Positions 43,037 to 49,451 of a stretch of DNA of 51,545 bases are shown piece after piece. This DNA is from a virus. A program made the position numbers and the translations under genes. A model generated the notes under the pieces. It worked only from the letters and a program-made list of their open reading frames with translations. It was not told the origin of the DNA and did not search any database. Position 1 is the stretch's first letter; every line of letters begins with the position of its first letter. The stretch lies in IMG/VR virus record IMGVR_UViG_3300045988_024116, positions 1-51,545 of that record; one strand, 5' to 3'.

Positions 43037-44110
43037 TCACAGCATGATGAAGACTAGGCAATCTTCCTCTCGCACCCAATCGTTCTTCGTCCTCTCACCC
43101 TTCGGCTTAGGCACCGGGGCAGGAGTTGGAGTCACTACGACAGGCGGCTCAGGTCGAGCGGGTGTCGGCGGCTGCGGAGAAGGTGTAGGAGGCACCACAA
43201 CCGGTGGTTCTGGCTTAGGAACTACAGGCTGTGGTTGTGGCTTAGGGTCTTCCACATATTTAGCAGCAATAGTACGGATATCGCCAGAAATATCTCTCAC
43301 GTTGCCAGGCTCGTCAAGACTGACGACGGATACGGCAGTGATGGTCATGGAAGAAGGATAGGCACCCTTGTGTTGAGTCGCATCAACATACCTGTCATGC
43401 CCAGGCTCAATACCACCAGAGTCAAGGAACGAACCACCAATGATGTGGGACAGACGGATAACCCACCCGTTCTCAGGATCAGTGAACGGTGAGGGGTCGC
43501 TCATCTCCGAGTATTTAACTGTATGAACAAGTTGATTCTCTAAGTAAAAGTCAACACGATCATTAAGTTTAGCAACACTATATAGATAGAAATATTTGTT
43601 GCTCTCATAGTTTCGCCTGTTTACTGTCGATAGTTGGACAACCTTTGCGTGTTGTTCACTCTTAGTAACATCACCAGCGCGCGGTGTATGAGTATTCACC
43701 TGGTATATGTTTTCTTGCCACCCCTTAGCCTCAAGGATGTCAATTTCACCACAAGCGGGCCAGTCACCCTTCGTGCCAGTCATCCAGATACCAGGCCAGG
43801 AAGGGCCAGCGGCAGGTAGCTTAGCGTACACCGACACGATAAACTGACCCTTAGCCTGAAAAAGAATCTCTCCCTTATCCGGCTTACGGGTATTGACCAT
43901 AGCAGACAAGAACGGGGCCTTTTCGGCATCTGCGCCGGTGGCAACGGTTCCATTTAGTTGAAGACCACCCCATTTCATAAATGAAATGTTCTTGTCTGTG
44001 AACCGCATCTGAGTACCCTTATTAGGGTCGAACTTACCCCAAACAGGCGACCACCTGGATGTGTCCAGACTTCTAAATTCGTCGTAAAAAAGTTGCTTAG
44101 CCATGCACAT
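43037..44110 (-). CDS. Glycoside hydrolase family 16 (beta-glucanase/laminarinase-like) with a Pro-rich C-terminal region
   Basis: Catalytic signature WPACGEIDILE (E-x-D-x-x-E). C-terminal PKPQPQPVVPKPEPPVVVPPTPSPQPP. No N-terminal signal peptide is visible. Confidence 0.75.
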   Translation of the reverse strand: MCMAKQLFYDEFRSLDTSRWSPVWGKFDPNKGTQMRFTDKNISFMKWGGLQLNGTVATGADAEKAPFLSAMVNTRKPDKGEILFQAKGQFIVSVYAKLPAAGPSWPGIWMTGTKGDWPACGEIDILEAKGWQENIYQVNTHTPRAGDVTKSEQHAKVVQLSTVNRRNYESNKYFYLYSVAKLNDRVDFYLENQLVHTVKYSEMSDPSPFTDPENGWVIRLSHIIGGSFLDSGGIEPGHDRYVDATQHKGAYPSSMTITAVSVVSLDEPGNVRDISGDIRTIAAKYVEDPKPQPQPVVPKPEPPVVVPPTPSPQPPTPARPEPPVVVTPTPAPVPKPKGERTKNDWVREEDCLVFIML

Positions 44111-44257
44111 ATAGTATCACCCCCCCTACCGAGTGTTAGTCGATAGGGGGATGAGTCCCCACGCATTTTGAACCCGCGTGAAAGGCCGGTACCCGAAAGG
44201 ACTAACCCTTCAGTCACCTATTCCTGAGATCAGAGGCGCGCTGTCTCAGGCCGACAA
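44111..44257 (-). promoter_or_regulatory. Structured 147-nt leader upstream of the GH16 gene with an SD-sequestering hairpin
   Basis: On the minus strand, cccccua (44150..44144) pairs with uaggggg (44128..44122), which overlaps the ggggggug RBS. Further hairpins lie at 44223..44250 and 44160..44180. Confidence 0.45.
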
Positions 44258-44554
44258 TCACAGATGGTCGAAAGGACGCTGCTCCAAAATCTCTTCCATC
44301 TTATGCCCCGGAACGGTGTAAACGCCGGGCGAGACGACACCATAGGTCATGGGCTTAATCATCGTCACAGGAGCCTTCTCGACAATGCCCTGGTCGAGCA
44401 GAGCAATCAGCTCAGCATCCTTAGTGGTGATCGTGTAGACACCCGTACGGGCCTCCTGAGTGATGGTCGTCTTCATCTCGTCATTCTTGACGACGGACGA
44501 GTACGCGCCCTCGAAAGCCTTACCGAGCTTGACAGCGAGATCGACAATGCTCAT
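44258..44554 (-). CDS. Hypothetical protein (98 aa)
   Basis: ORF track entry; ATG preceded by aaggagtaacc. Confidence 0.6.
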   Translation of the reverse strand: MSIVDLAVKLGKAFEGAYSSVVKNDEMKTTITQEARTGVYTITTKDAELIALLDQGIVEKAPVTMIKPMTYGVVSPGVYTVPGHKMEEILEQRPFDHL

Positions 44555-44595
44555 GGTTACTCCTTGGTTGTCGTTGTTGTTACGAGGACAGTGTA

Positions 44596-44928
44596 TCAGT
44601 CCTGGATGACATCGAAGTCTCCACCAAGTTCCGTCAGGATACTTGCGAGTTCACTATTGCTGAACTTGTCACACCAAGTAGTTATCCAGTATTCCTTGTA
44701 ATCATCATTACCAAGGATGCCTTCTTCAACATGGAGGAAGTAGTTACCCTCTGCTGTGATCACACAAGGCCCGATAGCGCACTGTTCGAGATCGTATTCC
44801 GTGCCGTCCTTGTCCCGGACGATAGTGTCAGACTTAGGTTTTTCTTCCTCAAGTTCGACACCCAGCTGAGGGGCGATCTTCTTCAGTAGCCTATCAGCGA
44901 GTTCATCAAACTGTTCATCAGTCAGCAT
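44596..44928 (-). CDS. Hypothetical protein (110 aa)
   Basis: ORF track entry. Confidence 0.6.
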   Translation of the reverse strand: MLTDEQFDELADRLLKKIAPQLGVELEEEKPKSDTIVRDKDGTEYDLEQCAIGPCVITAEGNYFLHVEEGILGNDDYKEYWITTWCDKFSNSELASILTELGGDFDVIQD

Positions 44929-44930
44929 TG

Positions 44931-45317
44931 TTAGACCCCCTTCAGCGCCCAGTCGAGTTCTTCATTGAGTTCTTCATCATTCCGGCACCATTGGGCTGCC
45001 TTAAGGACATCCTGTAGAAACTCCTCCCAGAAGCGCTTATCCGAAAGCCAATCATATTCCTTATTTTCTTCAATAAGCTCTGTCGGCTCCTTGAACTCAG
45101 CGTCATGCAACCAAGTAGTGAACACAGGAAGATTGATGTCAATGGTCGTAAGGTGCCCCCAGTCGGACCACCAGCCCGCGATAGTGTAGCTTTCACCGAA
45201 ACTGGTGGTAAAGGTGTACTCAGGGTGGTCGAGCATACCTGTATACATACACATATCGCACGAACCGTCAGTGTCTTCGTAAGTGTTTGAGTCGAAGTTA
45301 GTAAGTCGTAACTTCAT
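44931..45317 (-). CDS. Hypothetical protein (128 aa)
   Basis: ORF track entry; ATG preceded by aaaggagaaac. Confidence 0.6.
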   Translation of the reverse strand: MKLRLTNFDSNTYEDTDGSCDMCMYTGMLDHPEYTFTTSFGESYTIAGWWSDWGHLTTIDINLPVFTTWLHDAEFKEPTELIEENKEYDWLSDKRFWEEFLQDVLKAAQWCRNDEELNEELDWALKGV

Positions 45318-45336
45318 TTTGTTTCTCCTTTCTGTC

Positions 45337-45409
45337 GTGCTGCTACAGGACTCGAACCTGCAACCTCTGAGTCTTACTCAGTGCTCTCACCAATTTGAGC
45401 TAAGCAGCT
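45337..45409 (-). ncRNA. Aberrant tRNA-like gene (anticodon arm 2 nt short)
   Basis: Canonical D-arm (gctc-aaattggtga-gagc) and T-arm (gcagg-ttcgagt-cctgt). The anticodon arm ctgag-taaga-ctcag gives a 5-nt loop, or a 4-bp stem with loop gtaagac. There is an A1:A72 mismatch. Confidence 0.5.
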
Positions 45410-45438
45410 TGTTACCTGACCAGGGCAACCCAGCCGTT

Positions 45439-45489
45439 CGATGAGGGTGTCTTGGTCATGACACTTTGTGCTATCGAGCAAACCTCATC
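45439..45489 (-). ncRNA. Candidate 51-nt minihelix RNA in the tRNA cluster (weak)
   Basis: 7-bp terminal stem gatgagg/cctcatc, an internal hairpin tgct-cgat-agca, and the hairpin gtgtc-atgaccaa-gacac abutting the 3' strand. No canonical T-loop. Confidence 0.25.
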
Positions 45490-45497
45490 GTCAAGCG

Positions 45498-45568
45498 CTC
45501 CCAGACTAGGACTCGAACCTAGTCCGACAGGGCCAAAACCTGCCGTGCTGCCATTACACTATCTGGGA
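45498..45568 (-). tRNA. tRNA-Gln (anticodon TTG)
   Basis: Hand-folded cloverleaf: acceptor tcccaga/tctggga, anticodon stem gcagg/cctgt, loop ttTTGgc, T-arm ctagg-ttcgagt-cctag. Confidence 0.85.
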
Positions 45569-45575
45569 TTATGTG

Positions 45576-45647
45576 CTTCAGGGCCGGGAATCGAACCCGA
45601 GCCTCCGGGGCCTATACCCCAGTATGCTGCCACTACACCAGCCTGAA
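45576..45647 (-). ncRNA. Aberrant tRNA-like gene (anticodon ATA by canonical numbering, with stem mismatches)
   Basis: The D-arm gtgt-agtggca-gcat is paralogous to that of tRNA-Gln. T-arm tcggg-ttcgatt-cccgg. C7:C66 and U28:C42 mismatches; anticodon loop gtATAgg. Confidence 0.45.
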
Positions 45648-45651
45648 GCTG

Positions 45652-45723
45652 TCGGAATGGTGAGACTCGAACTCACGGCCCCCTGGTCCCAAACCAGGTG
45701 CGCTACCACTGCGCTACATTCCG
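45652..45723 (-). tRNA. tRNA-Pro (anticodon TGG)
   Basis: Hand-folded cloverleaf: acceptor cggaatg/cattccg, D-arm gcgc-agtggta-gcgc, anticodon loop ttTGGga, T-arm gtgag-ttcgagt-ctcac. Confidence 0.9.
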
Positions 45724-45887
45724 TTAGAAGGGGTGCTGTTGACTGACGAAACAAAAACCATCACACAAAAATTGTCAGCCCTAGGGTGCTACCCCGCACG
45801 TGACCCCCGTCACGGCAACCGGCACGTCCGCCTGATCAGGGCGGCAGGCGGCTATGGCCTAATCATCCAGCATCGTCCGGTGCTTGG

Positions 45888-45972
45888 TGGTCCCCTCGGT
45901 GAGAATCGAACTCACACTCCTTTCGGAACTCGATTTTGAGTCGAGCGCGTCTGCCTGTTCCGCCACAAGGGG
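45888..45972 (-). tRNA. tRNA-Leu (anticodon CAA), type II, with encoded CCA
   Basis: Acceptor ccccttg/cgagggg, D region tggcggaacaggcagacgcgc, anticodon loop ctCAAaa, long variable arm ttccgaaaggagt, T-arm gtgag-ttcgatt-ctcac, 3' a-cca. Confidence 0.85.
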
Positions 45973-46030
45973 TGTGCCTCTGAGTCGCGGCGACGATTGT
46001 TCTCAGAGGCTATTCAGTTGTTATGTGTTC

Positions 46031-46060
46031 AGTATAGGGCTGCAATTTCTAAGTTGTCAA
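46031..46060 (-). promoter_or_regulatory. Candidate promoter of the tRNA cluster
   Basis: On the minus strand: TTGACA (46060..46055), 18-nt spacer, TATACT (46036..46031). A 9-bp hairpin (45976..46010) lies between it and tRNA-Leu. Confidence 0.55.
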
Positions 46061-46081
46061 CTCCATACTAAGTGATGCGTG

Positions 46082-46294
46082 TCACGGATTGTAGTACACG
46101 GCCACACGACGGCTACCCGTCATCATGCCGACAGGTAGGAACCCAAAAAGCTGAGTGCTCGTGTAGAACTCTTCCAAGGTACACGCACACCAACCACTCG
46201 AAGTACGCACGTAGGTTTCCAGCGACCCACCGAGAACAGTGCCCAGAGGGTAGTTTTCAAGGTCAGTAGGGGACTTGATTGACTCGAACTGCAC
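46082..46294 (-). CDS. Hypothetical protein (70 aa)
   Basis: ORF track entry. Confidence 0.5.
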   Translation of the reverse strand: MQFESIKSPTDLENYPLGTVLGGSLETYVRTSSGWCACTLEEFYTSTQLFGFLPVGMMTGSRRVAVYYNP

Positions 46295-46296
46295 GT

Positions 46297-46644
46297 TTAC
46301 ACTCCTGGGTCGATGACAGTAGCAATATAGTCGTTATCCTCGTACTCATTGATGAGCTGGTTAACAAGGTCGAGATCGCTCCACAGCTTCTTAGAAACAG
46401 ACGGCGCAGTACGGACCCAGAAACCGTCATAGACCTTCAGAAAAGGTCCAAGCGTGCCTGAGATAACGACACTGCCGCGATCTGTGATAGCCTTGAAGTC
46501 CGCACAGGACTCGATATCACCAACATTACCTTTACCTGTTGCCTCTACGAACCACACCTTTAGCTTGGTAATAGGCATATTATACAGCTTCATGCGGTTA
46601 TTATGCGTTTCGGTGTATAGCTTAGTAAACTCATTGTTGCTCAC
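46297..46644 (-). CDS. Hypothetical protein (115 aa)
   Basis: ORF track entry; GTG start preceded by gaaggagaa. Confidence 0.6.
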   Translation of the reverse strand: MSNNEFTKLYTETHNNRMKLYNMPITKLKVWFVEATGKGNVGDIESCADFKAITDRGSVVISGTLGPFLKVYDGFWVRTAPSVSKKLWSDLDLVNQLINEYEDNDYIATVIDPGV

Positions 46645-46646
46645 AA

Positions 46647-46823
46647 TTATTCTCCTTCTTTCAGTTCAGAGTATTTCCAATGACCGATGTTTCCGTACGT
46701 AAACTCGATGATGCAATCTTCACGCTTACGTCGATGTGAAGCCCTGTGACTCGCAATACCCAGGTAGTTAAACTCCCTATCACAGGTATAGCAGTAGCAG
46801 TCTTTAGTCACTCGTGCTCGCAT
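46647..46823 (-). CDS. Small C2H2-zinc-finger-like protein (58 aa), below the ORF-track cutoff
   Basis: Read by hand: MRARVTKDCYCYTCDREFNYLGIASHRASHRRKREDCIIEFTYGNIGHWKYSELKEGE. Pattern C-x2-C-x11-H-x3-H. Its ATG overlaps the upstream TGA. Confidence 0.5.
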   Translation of the reverse strand: MRARVTKDCYCYTCDREFNYLGIASHRASHRRKREDCIIEFTYGNIGHWKYSELKEGE

Positions 46824-46975
46824 CAGCCCTGCCTCTCCACAAAAACTTCATCCGTTTCTGGGTACCAATAGATGTTGACACAGTGTTCTTCACCGTCAAG
46901 CATCACGTCAGTGCTGATGCTAACAAAGGGCGGCTCGTCGGTATCAAACACAGTACCTTCAAGTTCAGTAATCAT
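46823..46975 (-). CDS. Small acidic hypothetical protein (50 aa), below the ORF-track cutoff
   Basis: Read by hand: the ATG follows gaaaggagaac. Translation MITELEGTVFDTDEPPFVSISTDVMLDGEEHCVNIYWYPETDEVFVERQG. Confidence 0.5.
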   Translation of the reverse strand: MITELEGTVFDTDEPPFVSISTDVMLDGEEHCVNIYWYPETDEVFVERQG

Positions 46976-47005
46976 TTTGTTCTCCTTTCAATTGCTGATG
47001 TATTT

Positions 47006-47034
47006 ATACTAATCCACTCTGCCACACCTGTCAA
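47006..47034 (-). promoter_or_regulatory. Strong candidate promoter inside the leftward arm
   Basis: On the minus strand: TTGACA (47034..47029), 17-nt spacer, TAGTAT (47011..47006). Confidence 0.6.
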
Positions 47035-47077
47035 CAAGTAACAGCGTGACGTGTACCACATCGTTGTGAGGGTAAAT

Positions 47078-47113
47078 AAAACCACTGTGCCTTAAGCCAA
47101 GCACAGTGGTTTT
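47078..47113. terminator. Intrinsic terminator (bidirectional shape)
   Basis: 13-bp perfect stem aaaaccactgtgc/gcacagtggtttt with a 10-nt loop and flanking A/T runs. Confidence 0.7.
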
Positions 47114-47198
47114 ATCGGATCAAAGATCCATCAACTGGTAATGACCAGCTTAGCACAGCAACGAGAGATCGTGCAACACTAATTGAGTGTGAAGTAGG

Positions 47199-47426
47199 TC
47201 ACGGTAGCAGACCGGGTATCCGACCCACCAACGAATCAGCGACATCATATGGAGTTGCACCCTCGTCGGGATACATAAAGGACAAAATCTCATCCCAGCG
47301 CACCCCGTCATAGAGGCCAAGCTCGTTAGCTGCTTGCGAAGTGACTTCAGCCTCTAGCAGCTCCTTCAGACGGTCCTCAGTAATGACGAACCTATCAGCA
47401 CCAATGTACTTGATTTCGTCAATCAT
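47199..47426 (-). CDS. Hypothetical protein
   Basis: The track ORF is 47199..47441. ATG 47426 is coupled to the upstream stop. Confidence 0.55.
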   Translation of the reverse strand: MIDEIKYIGADRFVITEDRLKELLEAEVTSQAANELGLYDGVRWDEILSFMYPDEGATPYDVADSLVGRIPGLLP

Positions 47427-47641
47427 GGCAGCACCTTCCACCCTTCACCGTCTCCGATCTCCTTCTTCATCTGAGCATCAGAAGTAGCTTGGTTAGACCA
47501 CAAATCCTTTGAGTGGACCCAATAGTCATCCATATCCTCCCCAATTGACTTCAGATAACGAATATCATACGGGTCGATCAAGACAGCACCAGGCGCGAGA
47601 CGGTGGAACGGAATAGCCAGCTCACTGAAATTGATAATCAT
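47423..47641 (-). CDS. Hypothetical protein (72 aa)
   Basis: ORF track entry; 4-nt overlaps on both sides. Confidence 0.55.
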   Translation of the reverse strand: MIINFSELAIPFHRLAPGAVLIDPYDIRYLKSIGEDMDDYWVHSKDLWSNQATSDAQMKKEIGDGEGWKVLP

Positions 47642-47856
47642 TCTCGATTCTCCTTTGCTTCAACAAGACGATACTTAGCAATCGCGTAGTCATCCTTCTC
47701 TTCTTCGACAAACTGACCAACACGGCCAATGCCGCCCCAGCCCATCTTCTCAGACAGGTAAGCGTGAACAATCTTGTACTTCTTACCGCTACCAGTCTTG
47801 ATACTGCCTGTCTTCTTATTGAAAATCACGTAGATTTCCTCAGCAGGTTCAATCAT
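47638..47856 (-). CDS. Hypothetical protein (72 aa)
   Basis: ORF track entry. Confidence 0.55.
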   Translation of the reverse strand: MIEPAEEIYVIFNKKTGSIKTGSGKKYKIVHAYLSEKMGWGGIGRVGQFVEEEKDDYAIAKYRLVEAKENRE

Positions 47857-48260
47857 CAGTTCTCATCTCCGCTCGTCTGAAGGTCAATGTCCGGCAGAAG
47901 CGTCTCAGGACGGAACGCAACCTTGTAGTGGAACGTATCAACATTAGAGCCGTCCATCTGCTCCACAAAATACGTCACATTATCCGAGATACCTAGAAAA
48001 TGCTTCTTGTACTCGTCCTCACCCGTCTTGCAGGTGACTTCAAGCTGGTTGTCTTCCTTGTCCTTCGTAATCGAGCACAAACCTTCGATGCTCAGAAGGT
48101 ACTTGTCCGTGATGCCATTGACGAATACAACCCGTCGCATCACACGGAAATTGTCGCTCTCGTAGCTGATGTTACGCGAGGCCGTTTCAGCCGCGTTACA
48201 CGCACCCAGCGAAAGCGCCGCAGCAACAGCGACGACAGGCCCGATAATCTTCTTCATCAT
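47856..48260 (-). CDS. Putative lipoprotein (candidate superinfection-exclusion factor)
   Basis: N-terminus MMKKIIGPVVAVAAALSLGAC: a signal peptide ending in a lipobox-like LGAC. Confidence 0.6.
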   Translation of the reverse strand: MMKKIIGPVVAVAAALSLGACNAAETASRNISYESDNFRVMRRVVFVNGITDKYLLSIEGLCSITKDKEDNQLEVTCKTGEDEYKKHFLGISDNVTYFVEQMDGSNVDTFHYKVAFRPETLLPDIDLQTSGDEN

Positions 48261-48760
48261 TCCTTGTTCTCCTTCTTCATAAACAGCTTCATAAAGCTGT
48301 GGTCGTCTTGGTATTCCTTCAAGAAAATGTTGTTCGCAACTGCCAGCAGGCCGATAGGCGCAAAGTTGTTCTCCGTATCAAGGAAGAAGTTACGGTACTT
48401 GATAAACCGACCGTCAAGAACCGTCTCACCGTTCACAGCGTCACGGCACTTTTGGAGCGCATTGTTGTGGCGCTCGGCAATGTCGTTGATCTCCGGCTGT
48501 CGGAAAGCGACGGACCTTGCCTCCTTATCCAGGTGGTTATCGCCTTGAATGGTGTCGATAATATAATCCCGGCTCTCCACCGGGAAAGAATCATCTGCGG
48601 GGACAAAACAATCATCATTTGACTTTATAAAGCTGTACGTGCCCTCATCAAAAAACTCAAGATCAACAATCCAACCAGCGGGAAGTTCATCCAGAGCAGC
48701 CTCAAGCACATCTGTGTTATGAACCAGATCAATATGTTCAGTATCAACTGTCACTAGCAT
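48257..48760 (-). CDS. Hypothetical protein (167 aa)
   Basis: ORF track entry. Confidence 0.6.
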   Translation of the reverse strand: MLVTVDTEHIDLVHNTDVLEAALDELPAGWIVDLEFFDEGTYSFIKSNDDCFVPADDSFPVESRDYIIDTIQGDNHLDKEARSVAFRQPEINDIAERHNNALQKCRDAVNGETVLDGRFIKYRNFFLDTENNFAPIGLLAVANNIFLKEYQDDHSFMKLFMKKENKE

Positions 48761-49278
48761 TTTGTGTTCTTCCTTTCATAACGGTTTATGCTGTCAAAAC
48801 CATCGAGTATACCGAGAATACGTGGATGCTTACTAAAACTTGGAAGATGCTCTGTATCAGGGTTGCCAACAACACCCTCAAAGAAACCTAAGATGTAGTC
48901 ATCAGCCCACTTCCTGTAATCCCTCATGTACGCACCTAGCACACGCTTCTTCAGCTTGGCATCATAGCCATACTCATCTGAGAGAGCGATCCTCCAACAG
49001 TATTTAAGAAAACTAATAATGTCATCTTCACCGACAATCGTGAGCCTACCTGTATCCGCGTCAGATTCCAAATACGTCAGACACCCATACATCTCAGCAA
49101 CACATTTCAACGACTCGTTGATAGCCCGCGCATCCGAGTGATCCCTGTAAATCGCGTAGTACTCAACCTGAGAAGGATTGCTGTACTCGACACCATACTC
49201 ATCCATCAGTACATCATTGCCGAGAACAAACTCGCCCCTACGGAAGAAATAAGCGGCCAATTCAATAGGGTGCCTCAT
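48754..49278 (-). CDS. Hypothetical protein (174 aa)
   Basis: ORF track entry. Confidence 0.6.
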   Translation of the reverse strand: MRHPIELAAYFFRRGEFVLGNDVLMDEYGVEYSNPSQVEYYAIYRDHSDARAINESLKCVAEMYGCLTYLESDADTGRLTIVGEDDIISFLKYCWRIALSDEYGYDAKLKKRVLGAYMRDYRKWADDYILGFFEGVVGNPDTEHLPSFSKHPRILGILDGFDSINRYERKNTKC

Positions 49279-49451
49279 GATTCTACAAACCTTACAAGAA
49301 GGCTAATAAGAAGAATGACACAGCCAGCGTCCAACACAGCGTTAATCATGTGGTTTTGGTCCCGCTTCGGGCCATTACGAAACATCTTCGAGTTAACAGC
49401 CCACATAGTGAACCACGCACAAACAATAACAATTTGCGCAATAGTAAACAT
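49275..49451 (-). CDS. Small membrane protein
   Basis: The track ORF is 49275..49511. ATG 49451 follows ggaggtagc. Two hydrophobic segments. Confidence 0.5.
   Translation of the reverse strand: MFTIAQIVIVCAWFTMWAVNSKMFRNGPKRDQNHMINAVLDAGCVILLISLLVRFVES

Noticed and set aside
44160-44180. cacgc-ggguucaaaau-gcgug in the GH16 leader, considered as a third T-arm-like element
   Set aside because: The loop is 11 nt, not a 7-nt T-loop, and there is no adjoining acceptor-type stem. It is treated only as part of the structured leader.
45733-46269. Plus-strand ORFs across the tRNA cluster and its promoter (45452..45646, 45733..45939, 45884..46075, 46072..46269)
   Set aside because: They run antisense through tRNA genes and intergenic DNA in an arm where every supported gene is on the minus strand. 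No RBS is present.
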